From Octopus vulgaris (lineage: Eukaryota): 64,000 bases of DNA. The notes below the pieces were generated by a model. It had not been told where the DNA came from, searched no databases, and worked only from the letters and a program-made list of their open reading frames with translations. Below are positions 1 to 14,834 of the stretch, one piece after another. Positions within the stretch are counted from its first letter, which is position 1. Each line of letters begins with the position of its first letter. A program made the translations under genes and the position numbers. Location of the stretch: NCBI GenBank assembly GCA_951406725.2, contig OX597831.1:37758001-37822000 (forward strand), given 5' to 3'.

Positions 1-90
<90 letters not shown>

Positions 91-150
91 ATATATAATA
101 TATATATATAAATATATATATACATGTATATACATACATGCATACATATT
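1..150. repeat. (TA)n microsatellite, representative of dozens of TA/CA/TAGA/TACA tracts in the window
   Basis: Direct reading of the sequence. Confidence 0.98.
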
Positions 151-490
151 TAGGCGCAGGCGCGGCAGTATGGTTGAAGTCTTTTTCCAACCTCATAGTT
201 CCGGGCAGAATAGAAACTTTTGGTGAATTTTGTGGACGGAAACTTAAAGTAGCCAGTAACATATACGCGCACGCGAGTGTGTTTTTTTTACTTGTACCTG
301 CCTATGTACCTGCGTTTGTTCTGTCCCTCACCATCGCTTGAAAACCGGTGTTGGTTCCTTTATTTCTCTTTAGCGTTTTCGCAAAAAGTTGCCGATCGAA
401 CAACACAGAAACTGTTTTTAAAAATAAGGAACTGGAGCAGACTTGCTTGAATAAAATATTCAAGGCAAGAATCTAATGATTAAGCAATAA
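151..490 (+). mobile_element. Decayed tRNA-derived SINE, family A
   Basis: Head taggcgcagg...tggttgaag and internal ccatcgcttgaaaaccggtgttgg align loosely with the better copy at 18296. Confidence 0.6.
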
Positions 491-774
491 TAAATCTCTG
501 AACGAGATGTAAACAGTAATCGCTCGACAACGTAAAGTATAATAGCCATCACAATATGGCTGACCACTAAGGGTGGGTGTTACTGTAGCTCATCGTCTCC
601 AGCTGGCTTTAGGCACACTAATGATTGAAACATGAAAAAGTTTAAAAGAATATGTATTCGTTTTAAAGATTCCTAATTGGAGAGCGTATGTTGAAGCAGA
701 TACTGTCATATTCTTTGATTTACAAAATAAGAACACGCATTATATATTCGTTCTTCGCTGTATTGTTGGTGTTA

Positions 775-960
775 TTTTAGTGTCCTTTGTTTAAAAACTT
801 CCGTCACCTTTTCAGTAACTCTGTATTCCGTGTGTCTAGACGCTGAGGTTTTCACAGGAATGTATGATGAAAGATTTCTGTCCCAGAGTGAATGGACTAA
901 ACTGTACAGTCGGAAAAGCGTTGAAAGGAGACTCACTGAAGTGTTCATAAAATATGTGAC
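775..960 (-). pseudogene. Highly decayed RTE-type LINE reverse-transcriptase fragment
   Basis: Translation SLVHSLWDRNLSSYIPVK...TEYRV..TEVF resembles the RTE RT segment AFDSVHRxSLWxxLxxYGIPxK...TECRV. Confidence 0.35.
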
Positions 961-1111
961 GCAGGAGTTCAAAGAAAGTATATTAAAACAAGAACAATAA
1001 TAAAGCTAAAGTGAAGAATATATAGTGCGTGTGTGTGGGGTTTTTCTGGGGTTTTTTTTGCAAACATGAACATCCCGAATATAACAATAAAAGTATATAT
1101 ATATATATATA

Positions 1112-1490
1112 TAGGAGCAGGAGTGGCTATATGACAAGTAGCTTGAATACCAAACACGTGGTCCTGGGTCAGTCCCACTGCGTGGCACCATGGGCAAGTG
1201 TCTTCTCCTATAGCCTCGGTCGACCAAAGACTTGTGAGAGGAATTGGTAGATGGAAACTGGAAGAAGACCGTCGTATATGCGTATATATGTGTGTGTTTG
1301 TTTGTTTGTGTGTCTGTGTTGTCCCCCCCAACATCGCTTGACAACAGATGCTGGTGTGTTTACGTCCTCGTAACTTAGCGGTTAGGCAAAAGTACTAGGC
1401 TTACAAAGAATAAGCTCTGAGGTGTATTTGCTTGACTAAAAGCGGTGCTCCAGCATGGCCGCAGTCAAATGACTGAAACAAGTAAAAGAG
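1112..1490 (+). mobile_element. tRNA-derived CORE-type SINE, family A
   Basis: A/B-box-like head, CORE-like gtggcaccatgggcaagtgtc, internal TA/TG tract, 3' module ending gctccagcatggccgcagtcaaatgactgaaacaagtaaaag. Confidence 0.9.
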
Positions 1491-1526
1491 TATGTATATG
1501 TATAGAAGAAATATAAAAGGAGCAAA

Positions 1527-1924
1527 AATTTGGTTTAATCGCTCTTCATCGAACTCGACTGGACAGCCAGAACGAGGTGCATCTTTCATGTAAAAATTTG
1601 AACTTGGCATACCAATCTCGAGCGGTTCTTTCAGCTACGGTACCATCTCCATACACAGCACAAATGTCGCGAGCAGCTTTTGCGGCATTAGAACCTTGAT
1701 TAAAAGCGAAAAGAAGGAGGTGTCGAAAATGCTCGTTTTTTCTTAACTTCACATTCCATTTTAATGATCTGTAAATAAACAAAAAATAACTAAAATTAAC
1801 TAGAAAAAACATTTATTCTAAAATGAATCAAAATTTCAATTCTTGAAAAAAGTGGATTCCAAAATTTAAAAACGCAATAAATTCCAAAATCTAAGAAAAC
1901 GGCGGGAACTTAGTTGCCAACCCA

Positions 1925-1925
<1 letters not shown>
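1527..1925 (-). mobile_element. Mariner transposon 5' fragment (TIR plus transposase N-terminal HTH, frameshifted)
   Basis: Minus strand TA|TTGGGTTGGCAACTAAGTTCCCGCCGTTT terminus; KNEHFRHLLLFAFNQGSNAAKAARDICAVYG...WYAKFK / DAPRSGCPVEFDEERL. Confidence 0.9.
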
Positions 1926-2003
<78 letters not shown>

Positions 2004-2732
2004 CATACAGGCATACAAACAGAGAGTGAGAGAGAGATATCTACCTATCTACCTACCTACGTAATTTTTCTATTCATCTCGCTAGCTATATATACACACG
2101 TATACATAGTTATATACTCATAAATATGTAAGTATATCGATGAACTGTTAGAAAAAAAGCAGTGGAGTGTCTCTGATCGTGGCTAAATTCCATCAGGTCA
2201 TCTGGGTTTACATAATTAGAAAGCTGAAAGTAAAGGAAAATGTAAGGGACCAAATCAGTTGTGAAATTATCAATACGTCAAGAAGAAAAATTATGCAAAT
2301 TAAGAATAATAATTGTAAAATTGTTTATTTTTAATTACATTACATCATCACATTTATTTTCAGAATTATGTAACAGTACGCGACTCATTAATATATTCAT
2401 ATTTCTGTAAGTTGATATTTAAATGTATGAATGGTTATGTTATCGTTTTTTTTACGATAGAATCGATGTCACTTCAAACATAATTTTGTGTGAAAGTTAG
2501 GAATATTAACATTTGTTTGCTCTTTAGTTATACGTATTTTTTAACATGTGCAACAGGAGAAATATGATCAAAGTGATATTGTGATATTTGTGTTAAGAAA
2601 AAAAGGAACTGTGAGTGAGGAGATTAAATTTCAGATAAATGTATATCACACGTATAAGTATAAATATATATGCGTGCGTATGTGTATATATATACATATA
2701 TAGATAGATACATGCATACATACATACCGACA

Positions 2733-2766
<34 letters not shown>

Positions 2767-2800
2767 CATACATACATACATACATACATACATACATACA

Positions 2801-2831
<31 letters not shown>

Positions 2832-2973
2832 GTATATATTTATATGTGTGTGTGAGATTATAGCAGTGACTGGATCAATTCCTAGAGATATCTGAAATTA
2901 TGTTTATATATACATAAATAAATATGCATAAATATGTTCGTGTGTACACGTGAGTATACGTAGATATATATAT

Positions 2974-3032
<59 letters not shown>

Positions 3033-3064
3033 TGTGTGTGTGTGTGTTTGTGATTGTGTGTGTA

Positions 3065-3286
3065 CGAAGGGATGCTGAAATGTTCCTGGCTTTAAGGATA
3101 TTGTATCATGAAAAGCATGGTTAGGGGTGCAATTTTCCGAGTTCTTTTACGGGGTTTAGAAAAACTAAAGTATCACTAAAATGAGGGTGTGAATTTAAGA
3201 GGAGAATACATTGAACAAAATCACATTGAACTAACCCTCCTGTATTTTCTTTAACCAAAAGCCAAGAAGTTTTCAGCATCTCCTTG
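3065..3286. mobile_element. Mariner-type MITE, about 220 bp
   Basis: Imperfect ~29-bp TIRs cgaagggatgctgaaatgttcctggcttt / aaagccaagaagttttcagcatctccttg; TA at the left flank. Confidence 0.75.
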
Positions 3287-3438
3287 TGTATATATATATA
3301 TGTATATATGCATATATACATATATATATTTATGTGTGTGTGTGTGTGTGTGTATGTGCATCTTCTGTCGTGAGTTATAGACATACCTGTAGACATACAT
3401 ACATATACAGATGTGTGCGTGTGCGTGTGTGTGTGTGT

Positions 3439-3475
<37 letters not shown>

Positions 3476-3639
3476 TGTATGTGAGTGCGTGTAACAGGCA
3501 CGTGTTTACATTATCTAACCTCTGTTTTGAATGTCTGGACGTTGCGTTTCAGCGGCAGGGATGTCTTTCGTCAACAACAATGGTACTGTAAAGAGAAATG
3601 ATATACACTGTTATGAGAAAGAAGTATGACACGTGTTTG

Positions 3640-3960
3640 TGGATGGTTTGTGGTGGTGGTGGTGGTGGTGGTGATGATGATGGTGGTGATAATGAGGATG
3701 ATGATGATGATGATGATGTTAATGAGGATGATGACATCGACAACGATGATGTTGATGATGATGGGGATGATGATAATGATGGTGGTGGTGGTGGTTGTTG
3801 TGGTGTTTGCGGTGGTGGTGTTGGTGGTGGCAGTGCTTGTGGTTGGGGTGGTGATGATGATGATGCTGATGATGATGATGATGAGGAGGTAGTAAAAAGA
3901 GGAGGAGGAGTAGGACGACGACGACGATGAGGACAATGACAGTGGGGACAATAATGATAT
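3640..3960. repeat. Compound (GGT)/(GAT)/(GAC) trinucleotide repeat
   Basis: Direct reading. Confidence 0.95.
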
Positions 3961-4455
3961 GGACGATAAGGATGAAGACTACGACGTCCGATGCGAAGTT
4001 AATGTCAACTAGAGTGATAATAATTAAGTTGAGTTGATGACACAGAAGACGATGATCACCACATCCCCCGAAACCACCCTGCCCCAACCAAGCCACCCAC
4101 CAACCCACCCACACAACATCCCCACTAAAACAAAATTAATTGCAATGGTGATAATGTCTAAACAAATAAATAGAAATAATCAATACATGAATATAATAAT
4201 TCTTATTTTATTTGATGGTTGTGTTCATATGAAATCTTGATATAAGCGACCCCCTGAAACATTAATAACAGTAACAACAACAAAAACAACAACGACAAAT
4301 TGTTGGGGATTAAAGTAGCCATAGACATGAAGGGGGCTTGTTGAAATAGGAAAGGAAACATATGAAATATAACTTGATGTTTAGCCATAGTATCAATAAC
4401 AGTTAACGTACAAACATGTATACGTGTGTATATTTACACACACATACACATATAC

Positions 4456-4556
<101 letters not shown>

Positions 4557-4623
4557 CATATACCTGTATTTATGTATATATTTATATATATTCACACATA
4601 CACACACACACACACACATATAT

Positions 4624-4749
<126 letters not shown>

Positions 4750-4795
4750 TAGATAGATGGATAGAAAGATAGGAGGGTAGGTAGATAGATGGATC

Positions 4796-4849
<54 letters not shown>

Positions 4850-5329
4850 CATACAGGCAGACAGAGAGATAGATAGGTAGGTAGATAGGTAGATAGATAA
4901 GTAGGTTTGTAGGTAGGTTGGTAGAGAGGTAGGGAGGTAGGTAGGTAAGGTAGATAGATAGAGATATAGAGAGATAGATAGAAAGATAGATAGACAGATA
5001 GATAGATAGATAGATAGATAGGTAGATAGATAGTTAGATAGATACATAGATTGATAGCTAGATAGAAGCTGGATAAAACTCTATTTGAACAAATAGAAAA
5101 TTATTTAAAGTTGAATGTTTATTTTTGCTATTGAAGTTCAATTATTCTTTTGCCGCATCGCTATCGACAAAAATCATAAGTTATGTAATTCTATTGAAAG
5201 AGATACAATACGGTAGTGGTTACTGGTATTGTTGCTGCTTGTAGGTTTGTTGTTGCTTTTGTTATTCTCGCTACGCTTCTTGTTGTTCGATCTTACATTA
5301 ACAATTCTGAAAACAAACACGTAAGATGT

Positions 5330-5960
5330 ATGATATTTCGGTCTTAGATTTATTGATACGCCGGACAGTTAAGGGGCTTGACCTAGAAGTGAGCAGAGTG
5401 AGTTTTCGATCAGACGGTCTTGAGTTCGATTTCAGAGTCGTTGTTTATCTAGAGCTAAAAACAGGAGACCTGTATAACCGATCCGATTTCCTATGTTTGG
5501 CTAATTCTGGTGAAATATTTGACAATTCTTCTCTGATAAGAGACAAGCGTTTAGAACAAGAAGTAGATACACTGGTTAAAGGTCTTCTAGGTACACTATG
5601 TCTAGGCATAATTAAGACAATACGATCTCTTGTGGAATGTCTGTGATAACACTCCTTCATCAGATTATACCTGTGACAAAACTTCCACATGAACGACGCC
5701 ATCTCTGAAAGAATCCAGACTAAAGGGATTCCACCTGGTTGCTTCTTTGGCTAACAACAGCAGTTAATAGAGCTTGAAATTACACCTTATACCGTCCAAA
5801 GGAAAGAATCATACTGGATAATATTCCATATGGAGGATTATGATCCACTAAATATATTCTTATGTCGAACACATGTTCAATGTTATCGCAATACGGAAGC
5901 AGCTGTAGAACAAAGTATGATGAAACTATATTGCCGCAGATTGTAGATTACTTCACACAA
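5330..5960 (+). pseudogene. Highly decayed RTE-like LINE ORF fragment (post-RT region)
   Basis: Weak residual motifs such as HMEDYDPLNIFL versus RMEDxRIPKxILY; many stops. Confidence 0.3.
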
Positions 5961-6181
5961 CGTGGCATGGCCTAGGAAAAAAAATAACAAAACACATTGC
6001 TTACTGGTTTTGCGAGTGCGTCCGGTCAGAAAAGAGCAGACTTCGATATTATGATTCACTGTTTATTGTGATGATATAATTAAGAAATATATTTTTTGAA
6101 AAATATTACACATATTGTAAAGTAAAATATTCTATTTATTTAAATGAACATTTACTGATGTATACATACATACAAACATAC

Positions 6182-6245
<64 letters not shown>

Positions 6246-6281
6246 TGAGAGAGAGAGACAGAGAGACAGAGAGACAGAGAC

Positions 6282-6319
<38 letters not shown>

Positions 6320-6426
6320 CCACAAACAGACAGATAGACAGAGAGACAGACAGATGGTCACATAGATAGATCTTTATATGTGGGATTGAGTGCACACATA
6401 CATACATATATATATATATACATACA

Positions 6427-6506
<80 letters not shown>

Positions 6507-6711
6507 TGTATATTTGTGTTTAATATACTCTTCGTTTTGTGGTGTTATCAACAAGAAAAGTATGCAATCCTGTGAGAAAAATGTATCCTCCAATGAATGA
6601 TTGACAGATCGTGCACGATATGCTATACAAGTATCGCTCCATTGCCGAAATAATATACTTCCATCAAACTTGAAATAGCTCACGTATTTCACCTGTATTC
6701 ATTCAGTAATC

Positions 6712-6765
<54 letters not shown>

Positions 6766-7388
6766 GGTGCGCCGTGTGCATGTCTATTTGTGTGTCTATG
6801 TTATACAAAGCATCACTCGCAAGCAAGCAAGCAATAGCAACGTGGCTACGTGTACCATACTTTCGTTGATCATTTGTCCGGTGCACTAACAAGTCTGTCA
6901 CGTGTTTCCAGGTTCAAAAACACGTGCCAACATGCATGTGTACCATTATGTGTTTCATTGGTACGTGACATATGTCCATGTTTATGATCGCTTAACACGC
7001 TCTAAGAATTATTACGGCAGTTTTCTCCCTAGCTCACTTTCGTACTAATATATTTACTATAATCTACGTGTTATAATAATAAGTGAGATATGTCAACGTA
7101 AAATATAGATGGTTGAATAAATACATGCATACATATATAAATACATACACATACACACACCCACAGATAAATTTGTTATACTTATATTTCGCTACTTTAA
7201 CGTATGCATCTTCTACATTGTAGTGCATATATGTATTTGTAAATATCTACATACAAATAAAGATACAACTATATGTGTAGGTGTGTGAGTATCTACCTGT
7301 CATCCTTCCAAATATATGTGAAAGTAACTATATATGCATATGTAAGCGTGTGTATGTATATATGTGTCTGTATATATATATATATGTA

Positions 7389-7442
<54 letters not shown>

Positions 7443-7445
7443 TAT

Positions 7446-7509
<64 letters not shown>

Positions 7510-8112
7510 TTATATGCATATATATTTTTACATTCACATGTAAATAGATGGATGAGAGGTATATGGTGACAGAAACGGTAGAGAGAAAATTATAGAGATA
7601 TAGATATGAGGAGAGAGAAATGGAAGAAAAGAGACAGACAGGAGGAAAGAAAGAACCAAGTATATAAAGAGAGGAGTTAGAGCAAATGAAGTAGGAAGAA
7701 TGAATAAAGCTGGATGTAAACGAGAAAAAGACAGAAATGGATAACTAACTAAATAAATAAATAAATACTAGTATCAGATATCGATAATAAAAAAGAAAAA
7801 TGAAGTCCAAAGACACGATATTGGAGATTTTTCTATTGGTGTTTGTATGGTGTTTTCCTCATTCCACTTGTAGTTGTTTTTGTTGTTGTAGTGCTGTTAT
7901 GTTATGGTTGTTCCTGTAGCTGTTATTTATGTTGTTGCTGCAGTTGTATTATATTTATATTTGCCTTTCTCGGCATGATATTGAAATAAATCTGTCAGCT
8001 ATGACTAACATAGGATTTGTTTCTATAAACACACTTCTTCAGTTTTATACGTCAACATCAACGTGAGATCTGTAAGTCAAAAAGAAAGCAAGCATAAAAT
8101 CGGCATAAAGAA

Positions 8113-8187
<75 letters not shown>

Positions 8188-8497
8188 AATATATATATAT
8201 GTGGATATGCACAAATATTGCTTTCTTATTTTGTTATTTTACCATTCTGCTCGCTATAAAATGGTTTGGAGTTATATAGTTATATCTCGATGTGCTTACC
8301 AACATATGGACGTCTAAATATAGTTTCCCACAGTTCACCGTTACGAAATTCGTTATAAACTGAACAAGAAGTCTTGTGACATATACATATATATGCGTGC
8401 GTGTGTGAATTCATATATATATATGCATATATATTTATATACACTTCTGTGTCTGTGCAGCATTTTGTCACACTTATGCAATATTTCTATCCATATA

Positions 8498-8551
<54 letters not shown>

Positions 8552-8600
8552 ACAATTTTTTTATGTATGTGTGTATGTATATATGTATTCATGCATGTAC

Positions 8601-8754
8601 GGATGTACGTGTTGTGTGATAAGAAGCTTGCTTCCCAACCACATCCTACACTCTCACTGCGTGCCACATTGGGCAAGTGTCCTCTCCTATAACTTCGAGC
8701 CGATCAAAGACTTGTAACTTGATTTGGCAGACGGAAACTAAAAGTAACCCGTCG
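8601..8754 (+). mobile_element. Family A SINE, head/CORE part only
   Basis: aagaagcttgcttcccaaccac...cactgcgtgccacattgggcaagtgtc...acggaaactaaaagtaacccgtcg. Confidence 0.85.
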
Positions 8755-8781
8755 TGTGTGTATATATATATATATATATAT

Positions 8782-9443
8782 TGCATAAAGTTTTACACAA
8801 ACCTTGATGATACTCAAGTTCAAACCATCCACAAGTTTCAGTAGATTTTTGGCGATGGTAGCATGGGCAAAACTCAGATCAAAGAATGGTAAAACCGCTG
8901 CAAACATGGTCCAGCTCAGTGGATATTTACACCCAGTTGGACTGTTGACCCACAAGGTGGAACGAGTAGCTGATTGAGAAGGTCTGGTGAATAGTAATGG
9001 AAGAGTGTGGGGTAGCAATCCTGAAAGATTCTCACAAAGTGCCAATAGACACATTCCTATTTAATGGGAGATTTGTGCATGTTGAGAGTGTCTGCGACAA
9101 AATAATATCGGCTACTTTTCAATGCACCCTGTAATCCTGGATTTACTGGTGGAAAACAATACATCACGCTTCCCTTCTTGGCACCCTGTGGCGTCTGGCT
9201 CTTCAACCACTTGAAAACTGCGTTGAAAGAGAGGCAATCTGAGGTAAAAGCGACGGTAGTGTCTAATAACATCCCAGAGATGCCGTTCCAGAAGTGTTAT
9301 CAGAAGTTGCAGGACTGCAGAGAAACGTTTGTGAGATATCAAAGGGATTATTGTAAAGGTGATGACAAAACAATTGGTGAAATTAAATGCCACAAATTGT
9401 AAATTTCTATGCCCAAAGGTCGGATACTTTTGAACGTACCTCG
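8782..9443 (+). mobile_element. Internally deleted, decayed mariner with 3' TIR
   Basis: N-terminal CIKF...FGDGSMGKTQIKEW; C-terminal LAPCGVWLFNHLKTALK...YCKGD; terminus aaggtcggatacttttgaacgtacctcg|TA. Confidence 0.8.
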
Positions 9444-9478
9444 TAAATTCATACATACATACATATATGTTTATATAT

Positions 9479-9542
<64 letters not shown>

Positions 9543-9706
9543 GTGTGTGTGTGTATACATATATATATATATATATATATATAACGGGAAGCTTTATGAA
9601 AATAGGCAAAAGACGAAGGCAGGTTTACGGAAATAAACAAATATATATATATATACACATATATAGAGAGAGAGAAATAGATAGATAGATAGATAGATAG
9701 ACAGAC

Positions 9707-9757
<51 letters not shown>

Positions 9758-9844
9758 CTGATAGATAGATTGATAGATAGACGGACAGACAGATAGATAG
9801 ATAAATAGATAGATAGATAGATAGATATATAAATAGATAGATAT

Positions 9845-9923
<79 letters not shown>

Positions 9924-10419
9924 TACATGCATACTTATTTATATGGAAGAGTGAAAGAGAGTGGGAGAGAAACGAATAGGGAGCAAGAGAGAACCATGGG
10001 AGACAGGATTTACGCACAATACAAAAAAGTGATGGTGGACATAGAAAGAAATATTACTCTTATGCAAACCATAACAAAAAGTTATTGAAAATCATTGAGT
10101 GCGTTTTATGTGTATATTTCTTTGTTTATGTTCTAAGTAAAACGTGAATAAAGTAGAAAAATACTTCAGTCATAAGAAAATTTGTTAAATAAACAGTTTC
10201 AATATAGCTATGAAGCGAATGTAATACAAGATGAAAACCTACAAAAGCTAAACTGGAATGAAATTTATATAAAGATCCATTGGTTTTAAAGAATAGCATG
10301 TTGGCAACTTGCTGACAAAATACAAATGAAAGCTTCGTAACAATATATATGTTTCAATGCTTTTGGGAGTTTAAAGATTTAATTCAGAATTCAATTCTAT
10401 GGAAAAGGTATTAGTCTAA

Positions 10420-10592
10420 ATAATAATAATACTCATAATAATAATGATAATAATAATAATGATAATAATAATAATAATGATGATGATGATAATACTACTA
10501 CTACTACTAGTAATAATAATAATAATAATAATAATAATTATTATTATTATTATCATTATTATTATCATCATCATCATCAATATTATTATTAA

Positions 10593-10659
<67 letters not shown>

Positions 10660-10660
10660 T
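10420..10660. repeat. (TAA)n tract switching to (TTA)n
   Basis: Direct reading. Confidence 0.95.
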
Positions 10661-10718
10661 ACGATGTCGCACAGTGTTCCAGTAACGTTATATTGTTGAA
10701 AATATTGTGTGAACTGGG

Positions 10719-12466
10719 GAATAAATATGAAGAACAAGAAGAAGAAGATGAAAAAACAACAAAAGCTATAAAACAAATGAAATCCAAACTAAAAATAGAA
10801 CAGCAACGAACCATGAAAAAATGATGGCAAGAAAAGCCCCTTCATGGTAAATACTGGACTAAACTAAACGCAAAAGAAATAGACAAAGAAAAATCCCAGC
10901 AATGGTTGAGAAGCTCAGGACTCAAAGCAGAGATAGAGGGATTTTTAATTGAAGCACAAGACCAAAGCCTCCCCACCAGAAATTACCAAAAACGTGTAAT
11001 GAAAAGAAATATAACAAGTAACTGCAGAATATGTGGAGATGGACAAGAAACGATAAATCATATTATCTCTGGCTGTCAAGTCCCGGCTAAGAAGGAATAT
11101 ATTCACAGACATGAGATAGTTGGAACCTACATACACTGGAAGCTATGCCAATATTATGGAATATCAACAGTAAAAAGATGGTATAGGCACACACCAGAAA
11201 AGGTCACAGAAAACGGTCACAGCAACCATACACTGGGATATGCCGATACACACAGATAGAGAAATTAAGGCTAACAGACCAGATATAGTTGTCAGAGATC
11301 ATGAAGAATAAAAATGCTTTCTAATTGATGTATCAATACCTGCAGATGACAACGTTCTCTAGAAGAAATGGAGAAACTTTCAAAATACAAACACCTGGAA
11401 ATAGAGGTGTAGCAGTAGCCATTTTAGCCATTTTGAAATGTGGCGCGAATTGGCAATATGACGTAATGTCTTTTCCGAGGAATTGTCATTTTTGTTCTTT
11501 TCCCATTGGTTTGTGAAAAGAACTGCTCGTATAAAGATTCTAGAAGTTTCGAAAAGAATGTTTGTCCTGAATTTCGATTCTTTTTGATCAGGTTGAGCAG
11601 TTATAAAAACACTGGATTCGGGAGAGATTTAGTGTTCGTTGGTAGTCATTCAACTCCACGACACTCACTCTTTTGGAGACATCGGTAATTTTTTATGCCA
11701 TGTCTACGTTAATCACAAATCTATTTTGATTTGTTGGTTAACGTATTAGATAGAAAAAGAAATTAGCTAGGGAATTTAAAGTCGTTCTTCTTCACGACTA
11801 AGTTATCTTTCTTGTAAATAAATATAAAATGTTATATTTATATAAATAAAATAATTAAAAAGAAAATGTTTCTCTTCACGTTTGTTTTTCAACTGAGCAT
11901 AGATAAATATGCATTTCTGTAATCTTTGTTTTATGTTTCTTATATCGGTTTACAGGACACGATTAAAATATTCAACATACATGATCGTTGAGTTAGCGTT
12001 CCATGCGTATATGTCTATATGACATTACAACTTCAGTTAGGGTTAAAGATACAATGATAACACTTTAGTATAAGTGACGATAAATCATTATATTTTCCCT
12101 TACTCAGAGGAAATCCTAAATAAATAATATAACTTAAGAGAAAGCTTAAGGTAGAATAAACCGACAGCCGCCATAGGAAAGAGGTAACCAGAATGTTGGA
12201 TCTAAAAACAGATACTATTCCTATCATAGTAGGTGCATTAGGCATGATAAAAAATATTCAGACAAATACCTAACAAAAATACCAGGACTTACAAACACAT
12301 ATAACATACAGAAAATTGCACTACTAGGCACTGCACACATCATACGCAGAACACCTTCCATACAATAGCCATCAGAGCATCACAACAAATCACAGCACAT
12401 ACCCAAAGCACACAGAGCTGCGCTCGGTGGTGAAGTGAAAGCGAACTATAATAATAAAACTACTGA
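10719..12466 (+). mobile_element. 5'-truncated R4/Dong-like non-LTR retrotransposon (RLE clade), interrupted at 11408-12179
   Basis: WQEKPLHGKY, CRICGDGQETINHIISGC (CCHC), RPDIVV...FLIDVSIP (restriction-like endonuclease), end LLGTAHII; 3'UTR followed by (TAA)n; near-identical to 48101-48701. Confidence 0.92.
11408..12179. mobile_element. 772-bp insertion, candidate solo LTR
   Basis: Splits the LINE sequence gaaatagaggtaac (intact in the 48.4-kb copy); AGAGG duplicated at 11403-11407 and 12180-12184; starts TGT, has AATAAA near its end, but ends GAA rather than CA. Confidence 0.6.
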
Positions 12467-12518
12467 ATAATAATAATAATAATGATGATGATAATAATAA
12501 TAATACTACTACTACTAC

Positions 12519-12591
<73 letters not shown>

Positions 12592-12669
12592 AAGAAGAAG
12601 AACAACAACAACAACAACAACAATAATAATAACAACAACAAAAACAACAATAATTATGATGATAACATG

Positions 12670-13475
12670 GAAAATGTAATAGGGATGTTGAAAACAAGAC
12701 AGAAATAAGATGGCTGTAGACGGCGAAAAGTGATTTAAAACCGGAAATGGAAGCACTAATCTGTGCTGCCCAAGAGCAAGTACTAAGAACAAACTATATA
12801 AAATACAGAATTGACAACACATCAGAAAGTGACAAGTTCCGAACATGTGGACAAAATAGGGAATCCGTAGACATATTACCAGACAATATACACCACTAGC
12901 CCAGAAGGAATATAAGAGACTCCACGACAATTTAACAAGGCTTTTCCATTGGACACTTTGCAACAAGTATGGACATGACAGAGCAAAATATTGGTGCGAT
13001 CACAAACCCGAAGACATCATCGAAAATGATAATGCAAGATCCTATGGGATTTTATAATTCAGTGCGACCATGAGATAGAGAATAGGAAGCCATAGACTTA
13101 ATAGAGAAATAAAGCAAACGATGCTGGATCATAGATATAGCATGCCCAGCTGACAAGGTATGCGTTATGGGAGAAAGAAAAGTCGATAGATATGACAGGT
13201 TAGCTTGGGAATTTAAGCAGTTGTGGTCGATGAAAAAGTTGGTAGTATTACCAATAATTGTCGGAGTGGTGGGAACAGTGAGTAAAACTCTTGAGAAGTA
13301 TATGGAGCAAATATGGGTGCAATAAGGGTGGAGAACTTGCAGAAAACAGCACTGATTAGAATCGCTCGAATGCCCCGGAAGGAGCGCGAAAAATAAGGGG
13401 TGTTACCTTAGTTCACTGATAGTGAACAGCTGACACTGTAGTACATCTCCAGCGTTAGAAGTTGTGCAAAGGCAA
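12670..13475 (+). mobile_element. Second R4/Dong-like LINE 3' fragment (different family)
   Basis: DLKPEMEALICAAQEQVLRTNYIKYRID, LAQKEYKRLHD, ILWDF, CWIIDIACP; flanked by TAA/CAA tracts. Confidence 0.88.
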
Positions 13476-13504
13476 TGATAATAATAACAACAACAATAAT
13501 AATC

Positions 13505-13700
13505 ACTTCTATTATAGGCACGAGGCCTGAAATTTGGTTGGTGGTTAGTCGATTATATCAATCCCTGTGATTCACTGACATTTAATTTATAGACCCAGAA
13601 TGGATGAAAGACAAAGTTAACGCCGACAGCATTTGAACTCAGAACGTAGTGACGGACGAAATATAGCTAATCACTTCGTCAGCGTGCTAACGATTCTGTT
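13505..13700 (-). mobile_element. Family B SINE (Meta/MESC-like), decayed
   Basis: ggatgaaagacaaagttaacgccgacagcatttgaactcagaacgt...ctaacgattctg. Confidence 0.75.
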
Positions 13701-13704
13701 ATTA

Positions 13705-13814
<110 letters not shown>

Positions 13815-14587
13815 AAGAAGAAGAAGAAGAGTTTCATTTAGTTGCCACCATGGCGAATGATGACATAAAGACAGACATAAAGTGTTTGGGGGTTACAAGA
13901 ATTTCTGATAGAAACAAGGCCCTATATTTTAGATGACCTTAAAAGAAAGGACAACATATAACCGACTTTAGATGTATATTGAGTAGATGAAAATCAAGAA
14001 TAACTACAGCAACAGCAGTAACATCAGCCACAAAAACAACAACAACAATAATAATAGTTTAAATTTTTACTATTAGTATAATCTATATTACTATTAATGG
14101 GTTATATACATAGATGCCTCTCATGACATCTATGTATACTACCCACTACATATATATGTCTGTGTATGTGTATTAACTATATAGGACAGGCAACTATGAC
14201 ACTGAGACGAAGAACAATACTACGTAAGGAACAGATACGGTTTACGCAATACAGACAGACTCCGTTGAGTGAACATATAGAAAAATGTCTATATGCTCCA
14301 GCATACCCGCAGTCAAACTTTCAATCAAATATAACAATAAAATATAAAAGACTATGGCAGGCTTGGAAGACAATATCTCATTCGCAAGTTTCTTACAGCA
14401 CAGCCGCACTTATGCCTGTAAAGATAATTTTGTCTTGCATTTTGTTCATGAAACATGGTTCCAGAATCATTAGAATATTTGAAGAGCTCTGTATTAGACA
14501 TACCATGAATCGACATGCGATATTGTATTGTATGCACATTTTTTAACATCCACTGGTATCCCTTTACCAGAAGAGAAAATGAAAGAA

Positions 14588-14643
<56 letters not shown>

Positions 14644-14834
14644 GAGATAGAGAGAGTCTTTAAGTAGTTCATACTCCGGCATTCTGAAGCATACACCAGT
14701 CTTTGCAGATTTTCTCGAAGGATATATTGAAAGAGTTTGGACTTCCATATTATACTAAAGTGATGATGATAAGGCGGGGAAAGTTTGTTAAATATATGTA
14801 TGATAAGTTGGAAAATATTTGAAGCAATTGAGCT

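Noticed and set aside
5445-5702. Minus-strand 85-aa ORF with an upstream acceptor-like site and downstream AATAAA
   Set aside because: No recognisable domain, and the opposite strand shows weak RTE LINE motifs, so an antisense artefact is more likely
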